Origin: an uncultured Pelagibacteraceae bacterium
GTDB lineage: Bacteria > Pseudomonadota > Alphaproteobacteria > Pelagibacterales > Pelagibacteraceae
Reading direction: 5' to 3'
NCBI GenBank assembly: GCA_902587515.1
Contig: CACILM010000006.1
Coordinates: 3,045 to 67,044, forward strand
DNA length: 64,000 nucleotides
Shown here: positions 55,212 through 64,000 of the stretch, in pieces
How positions within the stretch are numbered: the first letter of the stretch is position 1
Layout of the letters: every line of letters starts with the position of its first letter
Made by a program: the position numbers and the translations under genes
The notes under the pieces: model-generated
Told to the model about the DNA's origin: nothing
Databases searched by the model: none
The model's input: the letters and a program-made list of their open reading frames with translations, nothing else

Positions 55212-57860
55212 ATGGAATTTAAAAAATATAATCATAGTAAAGAAGAAAAAAAAATTTCAGATTTTTGGATTAAAAAAGGCTTATTCAAACCAAAAAAAAA
55301 CAAATCAAATAAAAAATTTTCTGTAGTTATTCCTCCACCTAATGTAACTGGTAGATTACATATGGGACATGCCCTAAACAATAGTCTTCAAGATGTTTTA
55401 GTTAGATTTAATAGAATGAAAGGCCTTGAAACTCTTTGGCAACCAGGAACAGACCATGCTGGTATTGCAACTCAAGCAGTTGTTGAAAATAACCTTCTTA
55501 AAGAAGGAATTAAAAAAAATGATTTAGGAAGAGAAAAATTTATTAAAAAAATATGGGATTGGAAAGAGGAGTCTGGTGGAATAATTTTAGATCAACTTAA
55601 GAAATTAGGTTGTTCTTGTGATTGGTCAAGAACCAGGTTCACCATGGATAAGGATCTTTCTAAAGCCGTAATTAAAGTTTTTGTTGATCTTTATAAAAAT
55701 AAGCTAATTTACAAGGATAAAAAATTAGTCAACTGGGATACTAAACTTCAAACTGCTATTTCTGACTTAGAAGTTAACCAAAAAGATGTTCAATCTCAAT
55801 TGTATTTCATTGATTATACAATAGAAAACTCAGATCAAAAAATTACTATCGCCACTACTAGACCAGAGACAATGATGGGAGATACCGCGGTTGCTGTAAA
55901 TCCAAAGGATGAAAGATATGTTAATTTAGTTGGAAAAAATGTTCTTATTCCGATTGTTAATAGGACTGTTAAAATTATTTCTGACAATTACGCTGATCCG
56001 GAACAAGGTTCAGGAGCAGTAAAAATTACACCAGCACATGATTTCAATGACTATGAAGTTGGTAAGAGAAATAAACTAGAAATAATAAATATTTTTGAAG
56101 AGAATGGTAAAATAAACAAAAATGGGATTAAAGAGTTTCATGGTTTAGACAGATTTGAAGCAAGAAAACTTATAATTAAAAAATTAAAGGATATAGGTTC
56201 TCTTGTAAAAATCGAAAATATTAAAAATAAAGTTCCATATGGAGATAGATCAAACACCATAATTGAACCTCTCTTAACAGAGCAATGGTTTGTTGATGCC
56301 AAAAAATTATCCAAAAAACCAATTAAGATAGTTAAAGCGGGTAAAACTACTTTTTTTCCAAGCAACTGGTCCAAAACATTTTTTCAATGGATGAATAATA
56401 TTGAGCCTTGGTGTATATCTCGACAGATTTGGTGGGGTCATAGAATACCTGCTTGGTATGATGAAAATGGAAATATTTTCGTTGCTGAAAATGAAAAAGA
56501 CGCAGTAAAACTAGCAAAGAAAAAAAATAAAAATAAACAATTTAAATTAAGACAGGAAACAGATGTTTTAGATACTTGGTTTTCATCAGCTCTATGGCCT
56601 TTTGCAACTCTTGGATGGCCAAAGAAAACTGAAGAACTTAACAAATTTTACCCAACTTCAGTTCTTGTTACTGGTTTTGATATAATTTTCTTTTGGGTAG
56701 CAAGGATGTTGATGATGGGAAATTATTTTAGAAAAAATACACCTTTTCATAAAGTATATGTTCATGCCTTGGTAAGGGATGAAAAGGGGCAGAAAATGTC
56801 GAAGTCTAAAGGTAATGTGATCGATCCCTTGGATTTAATAAATGAATATGGAGCAGATAGTTTAAGGTTTACTTTAATTTCGATGGCCTCTCCAGGACGA
56901 GATGTAAAATTATCAAAAGATAGAGTTACTGGAAATAGAAACTTTATAACAAAAATTTGGAGCGCAAATAATTTTTTAAAACTTAATAATTGTAAATTAG
57001 ATAAAAAGATAAATTTGACCTCAATTAAACTTCCAATTAACCATTGGATTTACAACGAATTTATAAAAACGCAAAATTTAATCACGAAAAACATTGAAAT
57101 ATTTAGGTTCGATGAAGCTGCTAGGTATGCATATCAATTTGTTTGGCATTCTTATTGTGATTGGTATTTAGAGTTTTTAAAGCCTATTTTTAATTCAAAA
57201 AATAAAAATGAAATTAAAGAAGCTAGAGCTTTCTCATCATTTATGATGGCAAATATTCTTAGAATTCTTCATCCTTTTATCCCTTTTTTCACTGAAAACT
57301 TGTGGTCTTTAAATGCTTATAAAAAAATTTTCAATAATTATTTAATCAGTTCCAGTTGGCCAGATTTTAAGATAGTTAATAAATTTAGAAAAGATCAAAA
57401 TAATATAAATGATTTAATTGAAATAATTTCTAACATTAGATCTACCAAAGCAGAGTTAAAAATTACACCAAAATTATATTGTGACATATTTTTTGATAAT
57501 AAATCAGGGAAATTAAAGAAATTGGTAAATACAAATATAAATTTGGTAAAACAGGTTGGTAGAGTAAATAATGTCCTTACAACAAAGATAAGAGATAAGA
57601 ATTCAATAGACATTTTGGTTCTTAAGGAAAAACTTTCATTAAATTTTAATGAGGATGTAAATTTAGAATCTCAAAAAGAGAGAATTTTACAGAAAATTGA
57701 GACAATCAATAAACAAATTACCAATTTAAATAATAAGCTAAAAAACAAGGCTTATGTGACAAAAGCACCTAAAGAAATAGTACAAAATGATAAAAATTTA
57801 GTAAAAGAATTAACTATTGAAGATGGAAAATTAAGAAGTATTGTGTCTAGTATTAATTAA
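55212..57860 (+). CDS. valS: Valyl-tRNA synthetase
   Basis: 882 aa with PPPNVTGRLHMGHA (HIGH), KMSKSKGN and a C-terminal coiled coil. Confidence 0.95.
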   Translation: MEFKKYNHSKEEKKISDFWIKKGLFKPKKNKSNKKFSVVIPPPNVTGRLHMGHALNNSLQDVLVRFNRMKGLETLWQPGTDHAGIATQAVVENNLLKEGIKKNDLGREKFIKKIWDWKEESGGIILDQLKKLGCSCDWSRTRFTMDKDLSKAVIKVFVDLYKNKLIYKDKKLVNWDTKLQTAISDLEVNQKDVQSQLYFIDYTIENSDQKITIATTRPETMMGDTAVAVNPKDERYVNLVGKNVLIPIVNRTVKIISDNYADPEQGSGAVKITPAHDFNDYEVGKRNKLEIINIFEENGKINKNGIKEFHGLDRFEARKLIIKKLKDIGSLVKIENIKNKVPYGDRSNTIIEPLLTEQWFVDAKKLSKKPIKIVKAGKTTFFPSNWSKTFFQWMNNIEPWCISRQIWWGHRIPAWYDENGNIFVAENEKDAVKLAKKKNKNKQFKLRQETDVLDTWFSSALWPFATLGWPKKTEELNKFYPTSVLVTGFDIIFFWVARMLMMGNYFRKNTPFHKVYVHALVRDEKGQKMSKSKGNVIDPLDLINEYGADSLRFTLISMASPGRDVKLSKDRVTGNRNFITKIWSANNFLKLNNCKLDKKINLTSIKLPINHWIYNEFIKTQNLITKNIEIFRFDEAARYAYQFVWHSYCDWYLEFLKPIFNSKNKNEIKEARAFSSFMMANILRILHPFIPFFTENLWSLNAYKKIFNNYLISSSWPDFKIVNKFRKDQNNINDLIEIISNIRSTKAELKITPKLYCDIFFDNKSGKLKKLVNTNINLVKQVGRVNNVLTTKIRDKNSIDILVLKEKLSLNFNEDVNLESQKERILQKIETINKQITNLNNKLKNKAYVTKAPKEIVQNDKNLVKELTIEDGKLRSIVSSIN

Positions 57861-59579
57861 ATGTCTAAAATTGATAAAAAAAAACTACCCAGTCGTCATA
57901 CTTCTTTAGGCCCAGATAGAGCTCCACATAGATCTTTTTACTATGCAATGGGAGAAACAGAGCAGGATGTGGCAAAGCCGTTTGTAGGAGTAGTATCCAC
58001 TTGGAATGAGGCTGCACCTTGCAATACAGCTTTAATGCGACAGGCACAGTCAGTTAAAAAAGGAGTAAAACATACTGGTGGAACGCCAAGAGAATTTTGC
58101 ACGATAACTGTAACAGATGGTATTGCCATGGGTCATGAGGGAATGAAATCATCATTAATTTCCAGAGAAGTAATAGCTGACTCAGCAGAACTGACAGTGA
58201 GAGGACATTGTTATGATGCACTAGTTGGTATCGCTGGATGTGATAAATCTCTTCCAGGCTTGATGATGTCTATGTTGAGATTGAATGTACCTAGTGTGTT
58301 CATTTATGGTGGATCAATTTTACCAGGAAAATTTAAAGGAAAAGATGTTACCGTTGTAGATGTTTTTGAAGCAGTAGGTAAACACTCCTCAGGTAAAATG
58401 TCTTCTGAAGAATTAAGAGAATTAGAATTAGTAGCTTGTCCAAGTGCTGGGGCTTGTGGAGGTCAATTTACAGCAAACACAATGGCGTGTGTATCAGAGG
58501 CGATAGGATTGGCTTTACCTTATTCTGCTGGTACGCCAGCCCCTTATGAGGAAAGAGATAAATATGCTTATGAAAGTGGTCAAGCAGTTATGAATTTATT
58601 AGAAAAAAAAATTAAACCAAGAGAAATAGTTACAAAAAAATCTTTAGAAAACGCAGCAACAATTGTGGCTGCAACTGGAGGCTCCACTAATGCAGCCCTT
58701 CATTTACCTGCACTAGCTAATGAGATAGGAGTAAAATTTGATTTAATGGACGTTGCAAAAATATTTAAAAAAACTCCTTATCTTGCTGATTTAAAACCTG
58801 GAGGAAAATACGTTGCAAAAGATATGTGGGAAGCCGGCGGTGTTCCTATGTTATTAAAAACTTTATTTGACGGAGGTTATATTCATGGCGAGTGTATGAC
58901 AGTTACAGGTAAAACTATGAAAGAAAATTTAGCTAATATTAAGTTTAATACTAATCAAAAAGTTTTAAGAGAATATAATAATCCACTTTCTCCAGATGGG
59001 GGAGTTGTTGGATTAAAAGGTAATTTAGCTCCAGACGGAGCAATCGTAAAAATTGCAGGATTAAAAAAATTACAATTTACAGGCAAAGCTAGATGTTTTG
59101 ATAATGAAGAAGATGCAATGAAAGCAGTACAGACAAAAAAATATAAAGACGGAGATGTAATAATAATCAGATATGAAGGTCCAAAAGGTGGACCAGGAAT
59201 GAGGGAAATGCTCTCAACAACTGGAGCTATTTACGGACAAGGCAAAGGTGAAAAAGTTGCACTTATTACTGATGGGAGGTTTTCAGGAGCTACTAGAGGT
59301 TTCTGTGTTGGTCACGTTGGCCCAGAAGCTGCAATGGGCGGCCCAATTGCACTTCTTAAAAATGGAGATGTAATAGATATAGACGCAAAAAAAGGATCAA
59401 TTAATGTAAGGCTTACTAGTGCTCAATTAAAAGCTAGAAGAAAAAAATGGAAAGAAAAAAAATCAAGTTTTGGATCGGGAACGATTTGGAAATATGCTCA
59501 AACAGTAGGACCTGCTTATCTCGGTGCTCCAACACACCCAGGTAAGAAAAAAGAAGTTAAAGAATATTCGAAAATTTAA
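57861..59579 (+). CDS. ilvD: Dihydroxy-acid dehydratase
   Basis: 572 aa with [25 protein letters not shown] and GHVGPEA motifs. Confidence 0.95.
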   Translation: MSKIDKKKLPSRHTSLGPDRAPHRSFYYAMGETEQDVAKPFVGVVSTWNEAAPCNTALMRQAQSVKKGVKHTGGTPREFCTITVTDGIAMGHEGMKSSLISREVIADSAELTVRGHCYDALVGIAGCDKSLPGLMMSMLRLNVPSVFIYGGSILPGKFKGKDVTVVDVFEAVGKHSSGKMSSEELRELELVACPSAGACGGQFTANTMACVSEAIGLALPYSAGTPAPYEERDKYAYESGQAVMNLLEKKIKPREIVTKKSLENAATIVAATGGSTNAALHLPALANEIGVKFDLMDVAKIFKKTPYLADLKPGGKYVAKDMWEAGGVPMLLKTLFDGGYIHGECMTVTGKTMKENLANIKFNTNQKVLREYNNPLSPDGGVVGLKGNLAPDGAIVKIAGLKKLQFTGKARCFDNEEDAMKAVQTKKYKDGDVIIIRYEGPKGGPGMREMLSTTGAIYGQGKGEKVALITDGRFSGATRGFCVGHVGPEAAMGGPIALLKNGDVIDIDAKKGSINVRLTSAQLKARRKKWKEKKSSFGSGTIWKYAQTVGPAYLGAPTHPGKKKEVKEYSKI

Positions 59580-60781
59580 TGAAAATACGTCCAGTAATTT
59601 TATGTGGCGGTTCTGGCACAAGACTTTGGACTGATAAAAAACATCATCAACCAAAGCAGTTTATTGATTTTGGAAATTGGACGTTATTTGGAAAAACTCT
59701 AGAGAGAATAAAAAATTCTATTTTTGATTATCCAATAATAAGTACTAATAAAAAATATATAAGGGAAATTAAGAAACATTTAAGATTAAAAGGTTTTAAA
59801 AATTATAAGATTGTTCTTGAACCAGCAAAAAGAAATACTGCTCCTGCTATACTCAGTACAGCATTAATAAAAGAAATACCTGAGAACCAACCATTAATTT
59901 TTTTAACATCAGATCATTTAATTGAGAAAATAAACCTTTTTAATAAATCTATTAAAAAGCACCAAAAATACCTGACAGATAAAAATATCTTTATATTTGG
60001 AATTAAGCCTTCTTACCCGTCATCTGATTTTGGTTATTTTTTATCAAACCGGGTTAAGAACAGACAGAAGGTTTCAAAATTTATTGAAAAACCAAATCTA
60101 GAAAAAGCAAAAAAAATCATTAAAAAAAATGCTTATTGGAATTCAGGAATGTTTTTCCTTACAAAAAAATCAATAATTAATAACTTCAAGGAATATCAAA
60201 CCAAAAATTTTAATTATTGTTTAAATTCTGTAAATAAATCAAGATTTAAAAATAATGTTTATTATCTAAATAAAAATGAATTTTTAAAATGTAAGACGAT
60301 TTCTTTTGATTATGCAATATTGGAAAAATCAAAAAATATAAATGCTATAAATTTAAATATTCCTTGGTCTGATCTTGGTAGCTGGAAAGAAATTTGTAAA
60401 ATCTATAATAAATTAAAGATTAAATATCAAAAAAAGAAAAATATTTTTTACAGACCTTGGGGCAGGTATACAAATTTGTACAGTGGAAAAAATTTTTTAA
60501 TTAAAGAACTTTATGTAAAACCTCAAGGAGTCTTAAGTCTTCAAAAACACTTTCATCGTTCTGAACACTGGGTTGTAACTCAAGGAACTCCGAAAATAAC
60601 TCTAAATAGAAAAAAATTTTTTTTGAAAACTAATGAAACTATTTTTATACCAGTTAAATCCATTCACAGAATAGAAAATCCATATAAAAAACCTGTAAAA
60701 ATAATTGAAGCTCAATTAGGTTCTATTTTAAAAGAAACTGATATAGTTAGATATCAAGATATTTACGGTAGAGTTAAATAA
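59579..60781 (+). CDS. Mannose-1-phosphate guanylyltransferase / mannose-6-phosphate isomerase-type protein (short)
   Basis: 400 aa. The N-terminus has ILCGGSGTRLW (nucleotidyltransferase). The C-terminus has a cupin domain (RPWG.Y, SLQKHFHRSEHWVV, IEN). Confidence 0.8.
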   Translation: MKIRPVILCGGSGTRLWTDKKHHQPKQFIDFGNWTLFGKTLERIKNSIFDYPIISTNKKYIREIKKHLRLKGFKNYKIVLEPAKRNTAPAILSTALIKEIPENQPLIFLTSDHLIEKINLFNKSIKKHQKYLTDKNIFIFGIKPSYPSSDFGYFLSNRVKNRQKVSKFIEKPNLEKAKKIIKKNAYWNSGMFFLTKKSIINNFKEYQTKNFNYCLNSVNKSRFKNNVYYLNKNEFLKCKTISFDYAILEKSKNINAINLNIPWSDLGSWKEICKIYNKLKIKYQKKKNIFYRPWGRYTNLYSGKNFLIKELYVKPQGVLSLQKHFHRSEHWVVTQGTPKITLNRKKFFLKTNETIFIPVKSIHRIENPYKKPVKIIEAQLGSILKETDIVRYQDIYGRVK

Positions 60782-61550
60782 TTTCAAGTTCGATGGGCGT
60801 GTGATCAGATGGTTTTTCTTTAGATCTTGGTTTTTTATTTATATTAATTGATTTGATATTTTCGATTAGACTGTTTGAGAGTAAAAAATGATCTATTCTC
60901 ATACCATAATTTTTTTGCCAAGAACCTGCAAAGTAGTCCCAAAAGGTATATTCTTGTTTTTTTTTATTTATAAATCTATAAACATCTTTAAAACCTAAAT
61001 TAATTAATTCTCTATATTTTTTTCTTATTTCTAATCTACCTAAAGCATCGTTTTCATATCTTTTAAAATCATGAACATCTATTTCTTCAGGAATAATATT
61101 AAAATCTCCAGCGATAAGCATATTTGAGTTTTTTTGAATTTTCTTTTTAACACTTGATATAAATCTTTTTAACCACTCTTTTTTATATTCATATTTTTCT
61201 GTATCTACAGGATTTCCATTTGGAACATAAATATTAATAAGTTCTATCTTTTTATTTTTTAATCTTAACTCAGCGGTAATTATTCTAGATTGTTTTAAAT
61301 CATCTTTAATAAAGCCATTATTAATATTATCTAATTCTTGTTTAGATATTATAGCAACACCATTGTAACTTTTTTGACCAAAAACATAAGAATTATATCC
61401 AATGTTTTGAAAATTTTCATAAGGAAAACTAATATCTTGAGTTTTAATTTCTTGGAGGAATAAAATATCAGGATTAGATTGTTTGATATAATCTAAAATG
61501 TTTGTAATTCTTGCTCTAACTGAATTCACGTTCCATGAAATTATTTTCAT
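60774..61550 (-). CDS. xthA: Exodeoxyribonuclease III
   Basis: MKIISWNVNS starts at the internal Met (61550). Other motifs are LQEIK, GDFNI and SDHTP. The track start at 61580 would add a non-homologous extension overlapping erpA. Confidence 0.85.
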   Translation of the reverse strand: MKIISWNVNSVRARITNILDYIKQSNPDILFLQEIKTQDISFPYENFQNIGYNSYVFGQKSYNGVAIISKQELDNINNGFIKDDLKQSRIITAELRLKNKKIELINIYVPNGNPVDTEKYEYKKEWLKRFISSVKKKIQKNSNMLIAGDFNIIPEEIDVHDFKRYENDALGRLEIRKKYRELINLGFKDVYRFINKKKQEYTFWDYFAGSWQKNYGMRIDHFLLSNSLIENIKSININKKPRSKEKPSDHTPIELEII

Positions 61551-61864
61551 TAAACAGAAAAAGAAAGACCACAACCACACGAAGCTGAAGCTTTAGGATT
61601 ATTTATAGAGAAAGACTCACCAATCATTTCTTTTTTAAAATCTACTGTTGAACCCGCTATTATATCAAGTGACTGTTTATCAATTATAGCTTTATCGAAC
61701 AAAATATCGTCTTTTTCAATTTTATCGTCAAAGCTAAAATTATATTTAAATCCTGAGCAACCACCACCCTGAACAGCAATTCTGAAATATTTCTTTATGT
61801 TGCTTTTAGTGATTTTTTCTATCTGAGTTTTTGCACTATCAGTAAATTCTAATTTTTTTTCCAT
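61550..61864 (-). CDS. erpA: Iron-sulfur cluster insertion protein (HesB/IscA/ErpA family)
   Basis: 104 aa with GGGCSGF and the C-terminal SCGCGLSF motif. Confidence 0.85.
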   Translation of the reverse strand: MEKKLEFTDSAKTQIEKITKSNIKKYFRIAVQGGGCSGFKYNFSFDDKIEKDDILFDKAIIDKQSLDIIAGSTVDFKKEMIGESFSINNPKASASCGCGLSFSV

Positions 61865-61895
61865 AATTATTTAGTATATTATCTATATAGTAAGC

Positions 61896-63035
61896 ATGCA
61901 AAAAAATTCAATCCAAACTTTATCTAAATTAGCAGTACCATTAAAGTCAAAGGGAAGGTTTTTTAAAGAAAAAAAAACACACTTAAGATCGGACTTTCAA
62001 AGAGACAGAGATAGAATAATTCATTCAACAGCTTTTCGAAGACTTAAACATAAAACACAAGTATTTGTTAATACTACTGGGGATCATTTTAGAACCAGAA
62101 TCACTCACTCGCTTGAAGTAGCTCAAATTGCACGTACTCTATCTAAATTTTTTAATCTCAATGAGGATTTGAGTGAAACTCTTAGCTTAGCTCATGATTT
62201 AGGTCACACTCCTTTTGGTCACGCAGGCGAGCAGGCACTTAATGATTGTATGAAAAAACTTGGTGGATTTGACCATAACATCCAGACCTTAAGAATTATT
62301 CTGTTTTTAGAAAATAGATATTATGAATTTAAAGGATTGAATCTTACATTTGAAACATTAGATGGTTTAATTAAGCATAATGGCCCAATTAAAAATTTAA
62401 AAAAATATAAAGAAATATTAGGGATAAAATATTTTAAAAATAAAATTAAATTTAACTCAAGCCCATCATTAGAAGCTCAAGTAGCATCTATATCAGATGA
62501 CATAGCTTACAATAGTCACGATCTAGAAGATGGTTTAAAATCTAACTTATTTTCTCTTAGTGATTTAGATAATATTCCAATTCTTAATAAAATCGTTTCA
62601 AAACATAAAAAGAAAATAAAAAAATACTCGATAGACTTGGTTATAAGACAAATTATTCGAGAAATTATAAATGAAATGGTTAAAGATATAATTACGACTA
62701 CTCAAAATAATTTAAATAAAAATAATATCAAAAATTTAAAAGATGTTTTAAAATCAAAATACCCACTTGTAGCTTTCTCAAATAAAATGAAAAAATTTGA
62801 TGAAACGATAAAAAGTTTTTTGAGAAGAAAAATGTATTATCATCAGAATGTGAAATCCAATACAAATAATGGGAAAAAAATTATAAAAAAATTATTTTTT
62901 TCTATCAGAAAAAATCCAAATAAATATATAAATGTGAGTAAGTATGATAAAACAAATATTGCCAGATCAATTTGCGACTTTATTGCTGGTATGACTGATA
63001 GATATGCAATAAATCTATATAATAAAATTAAATGA
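61896..63035 (+). CDS. dgt: dGTPase-like HD-domain triphosphohydrolase
   Basis: 379 aa with FQRDRDRIIHS, FRRLKHKTQV, RITHSLEV, HDLGHTPFGH and DDIAY motifs. Confidence 0.8.
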   Translation: MQKNSIQTLSKLAVPLKSKGRFFKEKKTHLRSDFQRDRDRIIHSTAFRRLKHKTQVFVNTTGDHFRTRITHSLEVAQIARTLSKFFNLNEDLSETLSLAHDLGHTPFGHAGEQALNDCMKKLGGFDHNIQTLRIILFLENRYYEFKGLNLTFETLDGLIKHNGPIKNLKKYKEILGIKYFKNKIKFNSSPSLEAQVASISDDIAYNSHDLEDGLKSNLFSLSDLDNIPILNKIVSKHKKKIKKYSIDLVIRQIIREIINEMVKDIITTTQNNLNKNNIKNLKDVLKSKYPLVAFSNKMKKFDETIKSFLRRKMYYHQNVKSNTNNGKKIIKKLFFSIRKNPNKYINVSKYDKTNIARSICDFIAGMTDRYAINLYNKIK

Positions 63036-64000
63036 ATATATTTGAAAATTATTTATCCAAAATAAATAAGATTGTTTTAGATAATAAAAAAATTTTAAAA
63101 TTAACAATTTTGGAAAACCTAGATAATATAAATTTAGAGGTCCCTCCTGATCATTTTAACTATGATTTATCATCAAATGTTTCATTAGTTTTGGCTAAAA
63201 CAAATAAACAAAATCCAATTAATTTGGCAAATCATATAAAAGATTTATTAATTCAAAATATCAAGCATTTTGAAAAAATTGATATCGCTGGTCCTGGGTT
63301 TTTAAACATAAAACTGTCAAACCAGGGGCTACTGGAAAATATAAGCGAAATATTAAAAGATAAAAATACTTACGGATCAAAAAAAACAAATAAAACTTAT
63401 CATATAGAATTTGTTTCCGCTAACCCAACTGGTCCAATGCATGTAGGTCATTGTAGGGGAGCTATATTTGGAGATGTTTTATCTAACTTACTATTATTTA
63501 ATGGGAACAAAGTTATCAAAGAATATTATATAAATGATTACGGTAGTCAAATAAAGTATTTTGTAGAGTCAGTTTTTTTAAGAATAAGGGAAATTAAATT
63601 TAAAAAAAAATTTATTTTGAGAGATAATTTATATCCCGGTGATTATATAAAGGAAATTGCTAAAAATATAATAAAAAAGAATGGAAATATAAATATTGAA
63701 AATTTTGATAAATGTTTTGATGAATTAAAAAAACTCTCATTACAAGAGTCAATGACTTTAATTAAAGATGATTTAAAAAAACTTGGTATAAAACATGATA
63801 ATTTTTTCTCAGAGTCTGATCTTGTAAACAAAGATTTAGTTAAAAAATCTGTAAAGATACTTAAAGATAAAAATTTTGTAAAAGAAGGTTATCTAGATCC
63901 CCCTAAGGGCGAGACACCAAAAAACTGGAAAAAAATAAAAAGATTAATTTTTAAATCAACAGTTTTTGGAGATGATACTGACAGAGCATTACAAAAAGAC
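63032..64000 (+). CDS. argS: Arginyl-tRNA synthetase; N-terminal 323 codons, continues beyond the window
   Basis: Absent from the ORF track because it is open at the edge. My translation from the ATG at 63032 (ATGA overlap with the dgt stop) reads MNIFENYLSKI...IAGPGFLNIKL...EFVSANPTGPMHVGHCRGA (HIGH-type motif). Confidence 0.85.
   Translation, partial: MNIFENYLSKINKIVLDNKKILKLTILENLDNINLEVPPDHFNYDLSSNVSLVLAKTNKQNPINLANHIKDLLIQNIKHFEKIDIAGPGFLNIKLSNQGLLENISEILKDKNTYGSKKTNKTYHIEFVSANPTGPMHVGHCRGAIFGDVLSNLLLFNGNKVIKEYYINDYGSQIKYFVESVFLRIREIKFKKKFILRDNLYPGDYIKEIAKNIIKKNGNINIENFDKCFDELKKLSLQESMTLIKDDLKKLGIKHDNFFSESDLVNKDLVKKSVKILKDKNFVKEGYLDPPKGETPKNWKKIKRLIFKSTVFGDDTDRALQKD

Noticed and set aside
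61548-61552. TAATG stop/start overlap joining erpA to xthA, and the 8-nt convergent overlap of xthA with the manC-like gene (60774-60781).
   Set aside because: The functional pairing is odd. However, such overlaps occur at many junctions in this window (9789, 12163, 22975, 28481, 29344, 30141, 34265, 63032). This is a generic consequence of genome compaction rather than a specific system.

Overview
The window is a very AT-rich, tightly packed stretch of chromosome. Many genes abut or overlap by 1-4 nt (ATGA or TAATG junctions). Gene content and synteny point to a streamlined alphaproteobacterium: ppiD | tpiA-secG-pyrG-kdsA-eno-ftsB-lipA, ispDF | ntrYX-trkAH, and a GTTC-N7-GTTC SOS box. It most resembles Pelagibacterales (SAR11) or a related clade; this is inferred from composition and synteny, not from a search.

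I can support about 62 protein genes and 3 tRNAs (Arg-TCT, Asn-GTT, Cys-GCA). There are no rRNA genes, CRISPR arrays, transposases, integrases or recognisable phage or defence genes.

Core genes include gltX (partial), lexA, trpEGDC, tpiA, pyrG, eno, lipA, ispDF, valS, ilvD and argS (partial).

The accessory-looking content is dominated by four ABC importers:
- A 7-gene glycerol-type system with two different ATPases and a DUF2160 protein, embedded in a gpsA-like/glpK ... gap block.
- A Fur-box-controlled Fe(3+) system.
- A general amino-acid (aapJQMP/yhdWXYZ-type) system.
- A CUT1 sugar system coupled to a GH63-like glycoside hydrolase.

The best candidates for something undescribed are:
1. 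An XRE regulator plus a 525-aa orphan protein, sitting directly at the 3-prime side of tRNA-Asn.
2. The sugar ABC/GH63-like cluster, whose two permeases carry unusual extra domains. I propose it salvages compatible-solute glycosides.
3. The glycerol importer, whose two ATPases have complementary motif degeneracy that predicts one dead and one live ATP site.
4. Divergent pyk/pfk genes in a SAR11-like background, with a small coupled ORF and a hydratase-like gene attached.

None of these is proven from sequence alone. All homology calls come from motif recognition by eye.
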